A stretch of 64,000 nt of DNA, taken from NCBI GenBank assembly GCA_049322915.1, contig JBMOPW010000044.1, forward strand, positions 127,850 to 191,849, given 5' to 3'. The translations under genes and the position numbers were made by a program. This DNA is from Candidatus Zhuqueibacterota bacterium. GTDB lineage: Bacteria; Zhuqueibacterota; Zhuqueibacteria; Thermofontimicrobiales; Thermofontimicrobiaceae. Below the pieces are notes generated by a model, which worked only from the letters and a program-made list of their open reading frames with translations, was not told the DNA's origin and did no database searches. This document shows positions 30,940 through 41,483 of the stretch, piece by piece (the stretch's first letter is position 1; each line of letters begins with the position of its first letter).

Positions 30940-32400
30940 CTATCCGGCTGGATTTTCCGGTAAATTTGGCGGCAGTGTGAATGGCACCTCTTCGATGACC
31001 CGCATGGACTCCCACTTTCCCTGGAGAAATCTCAAGTAAAACACTATCCCTAACAGCGTAATGTACAGGGTGACGAAGCACCAGGTCACGTACACTCCCC
31101 AATTGTAAACCACGCTGGAAAAGTAGGATGGAATGATCATCGTCACCCAGGATAACACCACGCAGATTTTCATCACCTGGCGCGTGTCGCCGGCGCCTTT
31201 GAGCGCGTTGGCAAAAATGATATTCATCGTGTCGAACAGGGAGTACAGCGCGACAAATCGCAGCAGCACAATCGCCATCTCCCGCACCTCGCCAAATTGC
31301 TGCGGGTCGGAGTGCATCGAAAACGGATAAATGAACAGTGATGGAATCAGAACGTAGGCGAGCGCCATGAGTCCCATGTACATACAGGTGAGATGAAACG
31401 CTGAATAGGTGCTGTACCGGGCCATTTTAGGATTATTGTCGCCCAGATACTGTCCCACTATAATTTCAACGGCTATGCCCACGCCGATCATCGGCATGAA
31501 AGCGATGGAATTGATATTGAAGGCAATGTTGGTTGCTGCCAATGCGGATGTTCCGAATCGCCCCACGAACAAAATGAACAGGGTGAATCCCAATAAATCC
31601 AGCAGAATTTGACCGCCATTGGGAAGTCCGAACCGCATGAGCCGTTTGAACAGCGCCGGCCGAAACTGGCGATTCTGATGCGTCCCGTAGGCCAGCCGGA
31701 ATTTGGGTCTGAGCATCCAGTAAAAAAGGATAATGGCGCCCGCCCAGTTGGCAATGACTGTCGCGATGGCGGCGCCCTGCATCCCCAATTCAGGCATGCC
31801 GGCGTATCCGAAAATGAGCAGATAATCGAGAACCATATTGACGCCGGTGGCGATGATATTGACCCACATGAGAATCATTGTCTCGCCGCGCCCGCCGAAG
31901 AAGCCGGAAATGGCTGCCATCAAAAAAACCGGCACGGCGCCGAAGCATAGAATTTCGAAATATTGGATCTCCAGGCGTTTCACGCCCGGCACATGGCCGG
32001 CCAGATTGAAAATTGGCTCAGCCAGAGGGATGAACGCCAGAAACAGAATGCCGGAACCGATTGAAAAATAAATACCCTGCCACACGGCCGGGGCGATGTT
32101 CTGGCTTTTCTTTGCCCCGTGATATTGGGCCACGAACGTGTTGACATAGGCTGCCGTCCCAATGAAAAGGCTCATCAGCGTGAAATTGACAATGCCGCCG
32201 GGCACAGTCGCCGCGATGGCTTCCGGGGAATACCACGTGAGGAACATCCGATCGACAAAATGCTGGATGCTGGTGGAGCCGGTGCTGAGGACCAGCGGGA
32301 ATGCCAGGTGCAGCAGTTCACGATACCCACCGGGAGCGCGCCAGCGGATATGTATGTTTTTTAATGAAAACATTTTTGATAACAAAACCAATAAATGCAT
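30940..32400 (-). CDS. MATE-family efflux transporter
   Basis: About 12 TM helices; LAFP..., GMQGAAIAT, LKGAGDT. Confidence 0.92.
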   Translation of the reverse strand: MHLLVLLSKMFSLKNIHIRWRAPGGYRELLHLAFPLVLSTGSTSIQHFVDRMFLTWYSPEAIAATVPGGIVNFTLMSLFIGTAAYVNTFVAQYHGAKKSQNIAPAVWQGIYFSIGSGILFLAFIPLAEPIFNLAGHVPGVKRLEIQYFEILCFGAVPVFLMAAISGFFGGRGETMILMWVNIIATGVNMVLDYLLIFGYAGMPELGMQGAAIATVIANWAGAIILFYWMLRPKFRLAYGTHQNRQFRPALFKRLMRFGLPNGGQILLDLLGFTLFILFVGRFGTSALAATNIAFNINSIAFMPMIGVGIAVEIIVGQYLGDNNPKMARYSTYSAFHLTCMYMGLMALAYVLIPSLFIYPFSMHSDPQQFGEVREMAIVLLRFVALYSLFDTMNIIFANALKGAGDTRQVMKICVVLSWVTMIIPSYFSSVVYNWGVYVTWCFVTLYITLLGIVFYLRFLQGKWESMRVIEEVPFTLPPNLPENPAG

Positions 32401-32524
32401 GATTCGAGTAGTTTAGATTAACCGTGTTAATATCCTGATTGTAAAATAAAAATCGCTTTGTAGGCAAGCTAAAGAGTTCAATGAAGTTGAGTGGCTTTGC
32501 TCAATAAGTTATGGTAAGATAACG

Positions 32525-32611
32525 TGTCATTGCGAGGCGTTATTTGCCGAAGCAATCTCTGGGGTAAACCACGGGATTGCTTCGTCACAAAAAACGTTCC
32601 TCGCAATGACA
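32525..32611. repeat. Palindromic REP/RPE-type element
   Basis: TGTCATTGCGAGG...CGAAGCAATC...GATTGCTTCG...CCTCGCAATGACA nested inverted repeats. Confidence 0.8.
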
Positions 32612-32638
32612 TTTCCATCTTTTATTGAACTGATACCT

Positions 32639-34996
32639 TTATTTGGTAATTTCAAATTCTATTTCGTTCATAATTTCTGTATTTGAGACCTTGTCGTTAA
32701 TTCGGATTGCTAGCTTATACTGTCCTGGTGGATAATCAGATAACAAAATTGTTCTGTTTATAAACTCATCACTTCTGTTTCCAGAGTGGTCATTTTGAAT
32801 CGACATTTTATATTCAGATTCAGAATCCAAATTCACTATCTCTTTAAAGCTATTGAAAATATGAGAAATGGAGGAACGTTGTCTTTCCAATTGTGTAATA
32901 TCTATAATAATTGAAAATCTCGTTGCATTGTCTTCATCGAATTCCAGATTGTATATTTCGAAATAAACAACGATTGGTTCATTTACCTTGAAAATCCTGT
33001 TTATGTTAGGTACGAGATTCTGCGAAATCGAATTTGTTAATATTCGATTCATTAAGTCAGGATAGTTCGTGGTAAAATTTCCTAACATAATCGAAGTCAA
33101 TTTTAATCCAGGCTTATAGCTTGATGGAATGGAAAGTCCGAACCGAAGATGGCCTTCCTTTGCATTTTGTGTATTTTTTAACTTTATGCCCACATAATAC
33201 GGTCCTGGTTCGAGTATGGAGCAATATTTTTTTTGATCATATTCAAATTCATCAGTTGAAATATTAGGCGTCGAATCGATTGTTGTAAAACGTCGAACTT
33301 CTTGCCATAAAGAATTGAAGATCACAATTTCATGATGTAATAAATACGATTGTTTGATATTTTGGTCAGGAAAAGCTTCATCGGGGAGTTTGTAATAAAT
33401 GTAAAATTTTTCTTTTTCCTCTTCACCCTTATAACTATAATAGCAAAAAGGAATTTCGAATAACTGAGCCTCGGGCTCGAATTTGCTTGTCTCTGTAGAT
33501 GTGGCCAGTGAAATGTTATTGATTGTTTCGTTAATTAACTGGCCCGATTTATGTGATGAAAAATATCGTGCATCTAAAGAAGCGGCCTCTTTGGGATATA
33601 CAGGAGTCAGTCTCAGGCGCCAGCCATCTCCTCTCGATCCTCCTCTGCTATCCCTAGCACCCGGTATATAAAAATTGAAAATCATTTTTGGACGATTGAA
33701 TTTTTCAAAATAACAAACTGATAAGTTACTTTGAGCTGCTTGATCAATTAGAATCGCAAAAGCATCGGGTTTCCCGTGTCTTATATAAATAATTCCCATA
33801 TCATCAATTTCTTGTTGTACCTTAATTCCTTTTGTAGCGCCATATTGTGATATTATCGGAGGCAACAAACTGTTTCTTTCCTGTGGTTCTAAAAAATCGT
33901 TTAGAAAAAAATCAAGCGATTCGATTTCCGGATAAATCCGATTATGTTTCCTTGCATAACGAAGACGATGAAAGTGCTCTGGAATTCTTTCATTGAATAG
34001 CGTCGTTAGGGTTAAGTCGCGACTCTTCCAAAAACGGTGAAAAAAATCTTTTTTCTCGGATAATTTTCCATAAATAAATTCATCGTACTCATCATTAGAT
34101 ACGAGAAAAATCAGGTCAGAAAATATGTCATTCGCTTCTTCCTCGGTTGCGACAAGGTCAATTCCATTAAAATACAAGTTCGTAGCTAATGTATCCTGAC
34201 CCAAGCCGAATCGAATTCTCGCTTCGTAAATTTTTTGAAGTGAAGTACAATATGCGGGATTAGACGCATTGAGTTGAGCAAGCAGTTCAATTGCATCATC
34301 AAATTTATTCCACCGATAAAGGATATTCACTAAATCCAGTTGAAATTGAGGTATAGTATTGTCGTGCTTTAGCAGTTTGGAATAAAAGTCATTCATCCTT
34401 TTAAATTGATGAAATGCGATGCCAACCCTCTTGTAAATCTTATAGCTGTCTTTATGGAAGGGATCTATTAAGAGCAGTTCTTCCAAATTTTTAAGGCCGG
34501 CAAGATAGCCCTTGTATTGCATAATTAATAACGCACGGTGGTAATAGGCATCTTTACAATGTTTATTATATTTAACAGCCTTATCAAGCATAAGTATGGC
34601 GTCATTTTTCAGGGAAGGGCATTTCTTGTACAACATTCCCAATTCAAAATAGGCATCGGCAAATTTTTTATTTAATTCTATGGATTTAAGAAAATAATTT
34701 TCAGCCAATTTGTGATAATTCTCTTTTTGAGAGTAAATAACGCCTAATTGGTAATAAGCTAAATAAGATTTTGGATTTAAATTTAGGAGGGAATCTAATT
34801 TAGATTCTGCTTCGTCAAATTGTAAATCGGCTATTAATTTCTTTGCTTCAACATAAAGGCGATGGTTATGAGATTGGTAAAAGATGGCATCTTGATTTTG
34901 TGTATTTGATGTACTGTTTTCGATTGATATACAAAAGAAAACGAGCAAGACTAAAGAAGTACATCTGCCAGGAAATGATAATTTTACTAATTTCAT
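32639..34996 (-). CDS. TPR plus GWxTD-domain protein
   Basis: N-terminal TPRs; FWKSRD...NE...EHFHRL.YA and DDMGIIYIRHGKPD; markedly AT-rich. Confidence 0.75.
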   Translation of the reverse strand: MKLVKLSFPGRCTSLVLLVFFCISIENSTSNTQNQDAIFYQSHNHRLYVEAKKLIADLQFDEAESKLDSLLNLNPKSYLAYYQLGVIYSQKENYHKLAENYFLKSIELNKKFADAYFELGMLYKKCPSLKNDAILMLDKAVKYNKHCKDAYYHRALLIMQYKGYLAGLKNLEELLLIDPFHKDSYKIYKRVGIAFHQFKRMNDFYSKLLKHDNTIPQFQLDLVNILYRWNKFDDAIELLAQLNASNPAYCTSLQKIYEARIRFGLGQDTLATNLYFNGIDLVATEEEANDIFSDLIFLVSNDEYDEFIYGKLSEKKDFFHRFWKSRDLTLTTLFNERIPEHFHRLRYARKHNRIYPEIESLDFFLNDFLEPQERNSLLPPIISQYGATKGIKVQQEIDDMGIIYIRHGKPDAFAILIDQAAQSNLSVCYFEKFNRPKMIFNFYIPGARDSRGGSRGDGWRLRLTPVYPKEAASLDARYFSSHKSGQLINETINNISLATSTETSKFEPEAQLFEIPFCYYSYKGEEEKEKFYIYYKLPDEAFPDQNIKQSYLLHHEIVIFNSLWQEVRRFTTIDSTPNISTDEFEYDQKKYCSILEPGPYYVGIKLKNTQNAKEGHLRFGLSIPSSYKPGLKLTSIMLGNFTTNYPDLMNRILTNSISQNLVPNINRIFKVNEPIVVYFEIYNLEFDEDNATRFSIIIDITQLERQRSSISHIFNSFKEIVNLDSESEYKMSIQNDHSGNRSDEFINRTILLSDYPPGQYKLAIRINDKVSNTEIMNEIEFEITK

Positions 34997-35032
34997 CGAT
35001 TCAATTAAGTTATGAATTTCCGCTCTAAAATT

Positions 35033-35239
35033 TCATCTGATCACCCGCACATGAATCGCTTTTTCACCCTTGATATCCGAGCGAACGTCGAATGATACCT
35101 TCTGGTCCACGCGCAGCCGTTTGTCCTTGATGGTCACGTCCAGATCATTGGCGTGAACGAACAGTTCTTCATCATCGTCTGTCAGAATGAAGCCAAATCC
35201 TTTGGACGCATCCCATTTTTTTACAGTCCCATATTTCAC
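35033..35239 (-). CDS. Cold-shock domain protein
   Basis: GTVKKWDASKGFGFI...LFVH; GGAGG RBS before the GTG. Confidence 0.92.
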   Translation of the reverse strand: MKYGTVKKWDASKGFGFILTDDDEELFVHANDLDVTIKDKRLRVDQKVSFDVRSDIKGEKAIHVRVIR

Positions 35240-35441
35240 TGTATTCCTCCTGAATTGATTGAATTCCCTGCCGGTGAGTGTAAAAAAAATAGCCAAAAAA
35301 CATTACAAAATCAAGGAAAAATTTCGGTCGATCTCCTGTCCGAGGAGTGATTTTATTCATCGTTGCCGGTCGTGCAAAAACACCGCGTCCTGAAGTCGCC
35401 CCGGTCAGTCGGCTGGTGATTCGCGGCGTAACTCAGGCGAA

Positions 35442-36227
35442 TTAAAAGAAGGTCGCCTGAATGTATTCCACGGCGTTTCGGAAAATGGGCAATCCATCTC
35501 CCTCGGCTTTCAGGCCTTCGCGGGTCCAGCGGGGATGATGCGTCGGATGGAAGTGCCGCTCCGGATGGGGCATCAGCCCGAAAATGCGTCCGGTCGTGTC
35601 GCAGAGCCCGGCAATATTTTCTGCCGAACCGTTGGGATTCCAGGGATACCCATCGGGTTCGCCGTCCGGGTTGACGTATTGAAAAACGATCTGATCATTC
35701 TCCCGCAGTTTGTCCAGCAATTCCTGATTCTGAAGGATGAATTTCCCTTCTGCATGGGCGATGGGAAAATAGACGACCTGCTCCATTCCGCGGGTGAAAA
35801 TGCATTTGTGACTCGCTGGCTTCAGATACACCCAGCGGTCTTCGAATTTGCCGGAGTCGTTATTGCTCAATGTCACAGCCGGCGCGTCGTGGTTCATGGT
35901 TATGTCCGGCAGCAATCCGGCTTTGACGAGCACCTGAAATCCGTTGCAGATGCCAATGATCAATTTCCCTGCCTGGATGAATTGTTCAATCTGATGCCGC
36001 AATTTATATTTTAACTCATTGGCTAAAATTCTGCCAGCGGAAATATCATCGCCATAGGTGAATCCCCCGGGAATGGCCAATATGTGAAAATCCGTGAGTG
36101 ATGCGTTTCCTGAGTCGGTTTGATTGATGTGAATCAGGCTCACATCGCTTCCGACGCTGCGGAAGGCATGCACTGTTTCATAGTCGCAGTTCGAACCGGC
36201 CGTCCGAATGACAATTGTCTTAACCAT
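35442..36227 (-). CDS. purQ: FGAM synthase glutaminase subunit
   Basis: GGFTYGD, GICNGFQ, AHAEG, MPHPER. Confidence 0.95.
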   Translation of the reverse strand: MVKTIVIRTAGSNCDYETVHAFRSVGSDVSLIHINQTDSGNASLTDFHILAIPGGFTYGDDISAGRILANELKYKLRHQIEQFIQAGKLIIGICNGFQVLVKAGLLPDITMNHDAPAVTLSNNDSGKFEDRWVYLKPASHKCIFTRGMEQVVYFPIAHAEGKFILQNQELLDKLRENDQIVFQYVNPDGEPDGYPWNPNGSAENIAGLCDTTGRIFGLMPHPERHFHPTHHPRWTREGLKAEGDGLPIFRNAVEYIQATFF

Positions 36228-36454
36228 GGTTTCATTTCTTTCAATATGGATTTTATCTGACATCAATTCTGCTTGTTTACCCTACTACGTCACATAGATT
36301 TAGTATCGTTATATACTGTATTTTGGATAGATGAAAAATTCAACCTATTGTGAAAAATTTGTTAAATGACGTTGTAGGGTTTATATCCCTCGTGATGCGA
36401 CAGACGCGTTGATTCTTTCGGCGCATGCAAGAAGCCTGAACCGGACGGGCGCGG

Positions 36455-39313
36455 CTACCATTGCAGCGTCTGCTGCCAGGCTGTTTTCAGATCATCGATA
36501 TTCGCCCGCACAACGACGCGGCCATCCAATCCGACGACTTCGAAGAATTTCTCAGCGAGGACTTCGCCGATGCGCCCGAACGGAGTATCCTTCAGCATCG
36601 CTTCAAATGCCTGCTGATGGGCCGGCGCGACTTCGACAATGAAGCGGCTGTTGGATTCGGAGAACAGCAGCGTATCGTTCCGGCGAACGGATTCGGATGA
36701 CGGGACGTTTTTCAGATGCAGCTTCATCCCCAGTCCGCCGGCAAAGGCCATTTCCGCAGCCGCCACGCCGATGCCGCCTTCGGAGCAGTCATGGCACGAT
36801 GCAACCAGCCCGGCCGAGGTCGCCTTGCTGAGCGCCGTCATCCATTGTTTGCCGCGCACGGCATCCACTTTCGGCGCATTGGTGCTGTTGACGCCGTGGA
36901 TGTCGAAATAATGAGAACCGCCCATTTCATCTTTGGTGTCCCCCACGACATAAATCATATTCCCGGCCTGCTTCGCATCCATGGAAATCGCTCGGGTCAC
37001 ATCGTCCATAACGGCAATGGCCGAAATGAGCAGGGTGGGAGGAATGGCGATGGATTCTCCGCCAACCTGATACTCATTATTCAGGCTATCTTTCCCGGAG
37101 ATGAACGGCGTTTCATAAATCCTGGCGATATCGTAACAGGCCTGAGCCGCGCGCACCAATCCGCCCAATCGATCGGGTTTATCCGTATTACCCCAGCAGA
37201 AATTATCCAGCAGAGCGACCTGTTGCAGACTGCCGCCCACGGCGATGATCTGCCGGATCGCTTCGTCGATGGCGGAAGCAGCCATGTGGTACGGATCAAT
37301 GAGCCCATATTTGGGATTGCAGCCATTGGAAATGATGATCCCTTTGAGCGAGTCCAGCACCGGCCGAACAATGGAAGCGTCGCCGGGCCCGTCGTTGGTC
37401 ACGCCGACAAAGGGCTTGAGGACGCTGCCGCCCTGGACTTCGTGATCGTACTGGCGAACCACCCATTCCTTGCTGCACACGTTCCATGAACCGAGTATTC
37501 TTTTGAGCGAATCGGTCAAATCGGCCGGTTCGGCAAAATCGACAATGGTTGGCGCCGGAACTGTCCAGATGGCTTTACGCGTGAGCCGGGGATTGCCTTC
37601 GTGAAGGAATTCCATGTCCAGATTCGCTACCGGATGACCGGCGTAACGCAAAATAAGATGGTGGGAGTCCGTGACCGTTCCGATAATTGTCGCTTCCACA
37701 TTTTCGCTGGCAAAAATGGTGAGAATCTCATCCCTGTTCTGAGGCGGGACAATGATCACCATGCGTTCCTGGGCCTCGGAAATCCAGATTTCGGTGTAGC
37801 TCAGTCCCTGATATTTCAGCAATACTTTTTCCAGATCAACGACAACTCCGAAATCGGCGCACAGTTCGCCAACCGCCGACGATAATCCGCCGGCGCCGCA
37901 GTCGGTGATTGCGGTGTACAGTTTCCGGTCGCGAGCGTGGAGCAATGTATCCACCATTTTCTTCTCGGTAATGGGATTGCCAATTTGAACAGCGCCGCTG
38001 GAAACCACTTCGGATTCTGTTGTCAATTCTCCGGAGGAAAATGTCGCGCCATGAATCCCGTCCCGGCCGGTTCTGCCGCCAACGACGACCACCAGATCGC
38101 CGACATGGACTTCCTTGTGCGTGGAATTTTTGGGCATCAATCCGACATTCCCGCAAAAGACCAGGGGATTGCCCACGTAGCGCTCGTCAAAAAAGATCGC
38201 GCCATTGATGGTGGGAATGCCCATGCGGTTGCCGTAATCTCGGACGCCGGCATGGACTCCCAAAAAGACTCGCTTTGGGTGCAGCGTCCCGGGGGGCAAT
38301 TTCTCACGGGCAAAGTCCGGCGGAGCAAAACAGAAAACATCGGTATTCACAATGGGCTTTGCGCCCAGTCCGGTGCCCAGCGGATCGCGGATCACCCCGC
38401 CGATGCCGGTATTGGCGCCGCCGTAAGGCTCCAGCGCTGAGGGGTGATTGTGCGTTTCGACTTTGAAACACACGTCATTGCTTTCGTCAAAGGAAATGAC
38501 GCCGGAGTTATCTTTGAAAACGGAGAGGCACCAGGGACGATTCAATTCATGGGTCACGCGCATAATTGTGCTTTTCAGGAGATTGTCAATCACCACCCCG
38601 TTGAAATCGATGCGCCCGCGGAACGTCTTGTGTACGCAATGCTCCGACCATGTCTGGGCCAGCGACTCCAACTCGATGTCAGTGGGTTTGCGCCCTGATC
38701 GCCTGAAGTACTGCTGAATGGTTTTCATCTCCTCGAGATTCAAAAATAACTGGCCCTCGCGACTGATTCGCAGCAATGCCTCGTCGCTGGCGTCAAGCAA
38801 ATCGACTTCGACCCGCTTGAACGAATAACCCGAGGAGTGGGCAAAAATTTCTTCGGTCGGACCGATCACGTGTTGAATGACCTTGTTGGCTAATATTTTT
38901 TCGACAATCGTCCGTTTCTCCTCTTCCGAAGGAGAGCCGAACAGATGGTACTTGCTGGCAGTTTTCACGCGGGTGACAGTGGTAATCCCCATATCCCGGA
39001 TGCCTTTGAGCGTGCTCTCTTCAACCGGATCCATCACCCCGGGATTGTAGGTGATTTCAACATTCCAGAGATGTTTTGCTTCGTTTTCGGGAGGCGTATC
39101 GATGGCGAAAGACTGCGTGATCTGATCGACCAACAGATCCGTGCAAATTTTCTGCTTTTCGATTTCTGATAGCTGTCCCTGCAGATAAAATATATCAAAT
39201 TTTTTGACCTGCGATATGGCAGTGATCCCAAGGTCGCGGATGGCTTTTTCAATGCCCTGGCTGAAAGGATTGCTGAACTGTGGCTGATGCCCGATCTCAA
39301 TTTTGGTGACCAA
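36455..39313 (-). CDS. purL: FGAM synthase PurL with N-terminal PurS-like extension
   Basis: WSEHC.HK, ETHNHPS, DCGAGG, ISGKDS. Confidence 0.95.
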   Translation of the reverse strand: MVTKIEIGHQPQFSNPFSQGIEKAIRDLGITAISQVKKFDIFYLQGQLSEIEKQKICTDLLVDQITQSFAIDTPPENEAKHLWNVEITYNPGVMDPVEESTLKGIRDMGITTVTRVKTASKYHLFGSPSEEEKRTIVEKILANKVIQHVIGPTEEIFAHSSGYSFKRVEVDLLDASDEALLRISREGQLFLNLEEMKTIQQYFRRSGRKPTDIELESLAQTWSEHCVHKTFRGRIDFNGVVIDNLLKSTIMRVTHELNRPWCLSVFKDNSGVISFDESNDVCFKVETHNHPSALEPYGGANTGIGGVIRDPLGTGLGAKPIVNTDVFCFAPPDFAREKLPPGTLHPKRVFLGVHAGVRDYGNRMGIPTINGAIFFDERYVGNPLVFCGNVGLMPKNSTHKEVHVGDLVVVVGGRTGRDGIHGATFSSGELTTESEVVSSGAVQIGNPITEKKMVDTLLHARDRKLYTAITDCGAGGLSSAVGELCADFGVVVDLEKVLLKYQGLSYTEIWISEAQERMVIIVPPQNRDEILTIFASENVEATIIGTVTDSHHLILRYAGHPVANLDMEFLHEGNPRLTRKAIWTVPAPTIVDFAEPADLTDSLKRILGSWNVCSKEWVVRQYDHEVQGGSVLKPFVGVTNDGPGDASIVRPVLDSLKGIIISNGCNPKYGLIDPYHMAASAIDEAIRQIIAVGGSLQQVALLDNFCWGNTDKPDRLGGLVRAAQACYDIARIYETPFISGKDSLNNEYQVGGESIAIPPTLLISAIAVMDDVTRAISMDAKQAGNMIYVVGDTKDEMGGSHYFDIHGVNSTNAPKVDAVRGKQWMTALSKATSAGLVASCHDCSEGGIGVAAAEMAFAGGLGMKLHLKNVPSSESVRRNDTLLFSESNSRFIVEVAPAHQQAFEAMLKDTPFGRIGEVLAEKFFEVVGLDGRVVVRANIDDLKTAWQQTLQW

Positions 39314-39363
39314 TATGCTCTCCTCATCAATCGTTCGTTTTACAGGCGAAAAAAATCAGTCCC

Positions 39364-39392
39364 ATTATACTGAATTCTAAATCAAAATGCAA
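39364..39392 (-). promoter_or_regulatory. sigma70-type promoter of purL
   Basis: TTGCAT-17 bp-TATAAT. Confidence 0.6.
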
Positions 39393-39394
39393 AT

Positions 39395-39437
39395 AAAAAA
39401 ACCTGAACACAATGGCGCTGTTCAGGCTTTTCTTTTG
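39395..39437. terminator. Intrinsic terminator
   Basis: CCTGAACA...TGTTCAGG flanked by A and T runs. Confidence 0.6.
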
Positions 39438-39650
39438 ATGTATTCGAGATGTTTGAAACTTTGTTTGTCAGGCAGGTGATGGCGTTATTGAAAACAAGTC
39501 CCTTGCGACATTTCTGCCGTCCTGTCGCATGCTGAAAATTCACCGGAATTCTCAGGAAAAATTACCAGCGCTGGCGCATCTCTCCAACTCAGGTCAGCGC
39601 GTCGACGTCTCGATGAGCCGACTGTTGGATTGAAATCCGGCGCACGGGCA

Positions 39651-41306
39651 TCAGTTGGGTGTTGCATTCAGGCTGAATCGTTTCCTGAAGTATTCGTCCG
39701 GGAAAAACGGCAGTGAATCTTCGAAAGGAATGAATCGGGGATGAGCTGTCAATTGCTCGCCGACCCCGCCCTCGAATGCCTGGTATAGAATATTGCCATC
39801 CAGATTTTCGTGATGAGAAATGCCCAGTGAATAAAGGATGGTTGGCAGCATATCGTAAATGCTGACATTGCCCAGATTTTCACTCTGCCGGATACGAGGT
39901 CCTTTCAGAAAGAAGACGCCGTTGGGATCGGTATGGGCATGGATGGGATAATCGTCATTGGCCGAACCGATGAACAGCCGGGAGGTTCGCTTTTCAGGCG
40001 ACAAATAATAGTCGAAATTATGCGGCTTGAAAATGATATCCGGGGCTGACGCCGTGAATTCACCGTGGAACAGGTCTTCTTTGCGATAGACTTCATCGAT
40101 GACATTTTCCAGGGTGTAGGGATCCCGCAACCGATATAATTCAGCGATAATCTGGTCGCGCAGTTGTTCGTATTCATAACCGGGATTGACAATGCCGAAT
40201 GGCTCCCGCCCTCTGACATTGAGATTGATCCCCTGCGTATTGGTCGATACGAGATAGGCGCGCGTCTTGTCCCAGACGATATCCAGATATTCGTACGGGA
40301 ATAATGTTCGCAGGCTCCATGACGTTGCTTTTTTCAATAGCTCGCTGACGGCATCGGGAAGTATTCGGCGGATGTTGCCTTTGGTAATTTTCGTCGCAGC
40401 CAGGACTTTGGTGATTGGATTCATTTTTTGTTGTGTAGCGCCGTAAAGAAAATCATCCAGATGGGTGATGCGCGTCCGGTTGGTTGTGATTCTTTTCTGA
40501 AGCAGTTTCAATTCCCACAGCCATTCATTGACGAAAAATTTCTTGGTGATGGATTTGTACCCGTAATTGGAGACCACCAGAAAGTAGGTCTCGTCGCCGA
40601 CGAGCCGATGAATGTTCTCCAGAAATGAATCGATGTGAATGTACAAAGAATTCACTTTTTCCGAATCATTCCAGAAACGCGATTGAGCGCGGTCGACGCC
40701 GTTGAACGTGATGGCAGCCAGCGTCCAGGGATTGTTGAGAATGAGCTTGCGAAACGAATTCTCCTGGCTCGTTTGAGTTTTCAATATTTGATTGAAATAA
40801 GCATCCGCATCCAGGGTACGGGCAAATCCGCTGTCCGTGCTATAGTCCTGATATTGGATATCGCGCATGACATGATCCGGATAAAAACAGGGCGTCTTCG
40901 CGCTGGTCAATATTCCACTGGACATGATGCCATGAATCGGTTCCGGCGCTGAATGGGTTGGAATGTTGACAAGGATCGATTGTTTATTGGCGTCGCCCAC
41001 AAAGTGCCAGAGCAAGCGGGACTGAATGGAGCGGTTGGAAATCAACTCCGGCTGCATGGTTGCGCCGGGGTTGGTGAAATAGTCGAAAATATTATGGCTC
41101 CCCGGGTTTTTGCCGGAGAAATAAGATGTCCAGGCGGCGGCAGCATTCAATGGACTGATTGAATCCAAATTTCCGTAGCAGCCTCGGTGCATCAGTTTTT
41201 TGAAAAAAGGCAGGGCATTATTAGCGAGCAGCGGTTTGATGATATTGAAGGTCGCGCCATCAATTCCAATGATGACGAGTCGTGGACCTGCTTGATCAGT
41301 ATTCAT
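39651..41306 (-). CDS. Type I phosphodiesterase/nucleotide pyrophosphatase-family protein with degenerate active site
   Basis: IGIDGA, GKNPG.H, INLN..GREP.G; DRAQS and SNYG replace DRxxH and SDHG. Confidence 0.8.
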   Translation of the reverse strand: MNTDQAGPRLVIIGIDGATFNIIKPLLANNALPFFKKLMHRGCYGNLDSISPLNAAAAWTSYFSGKNPGSHNIFDYFTNPGATMQPELISNRSIQSRLLWHFVGDANKQSILVNIPTHSAPEPIHGIMSSGILTSAKTPCFYPDHVMRDIQYQDYSTDSGFARTLDADAYFNQILKTQTSQENSFRKLILNNPWTLAAITFNGVDRAQSRFWNDSEKVNSLYIHIDSFLENIHRLVGDETYFLVVSNYGYKSITKKFFVNEWLWELKLLQKRITTNRTRITHLDDFLYGATQQKMNPITKVLAATKITKGNIRRILPDAVSELLKKATSWSLRTLFPYEYLDIVWDKTRAYLVSTNTQGINLNVRGREPFGIVNPGYEYEQLRDQIIAELYRLRDPYTLENVIDEVYRKEDLFHGEFTASAPDIIFKPHNFDYYLSPEKRTSRLFIGSANDDYPIHAHTDPNGVFFLKGPRIRQSENLGNVSIYDMLPTILYSLGISHHENLDGNILYQAFEGGVGEQLTAHPRFIPFEDSLPFFPDEYFRKRFSLNATPN

Positions 41307-41483
41307 TCATTATCCCCCAGTCGATCAATAAGTGTATCATCGTAAACGCAATTCCATCGAGTACTTGTGGTTCCGAACCAGTTATCGGTAGGCAGTCTTT
41401 TACTCAATTCATAAATAATTACAGGCAGATTTTTTCGTTTGCGTAATTCATTTCAGAACATATCAGCGTTCCCCCAAAAAGGA

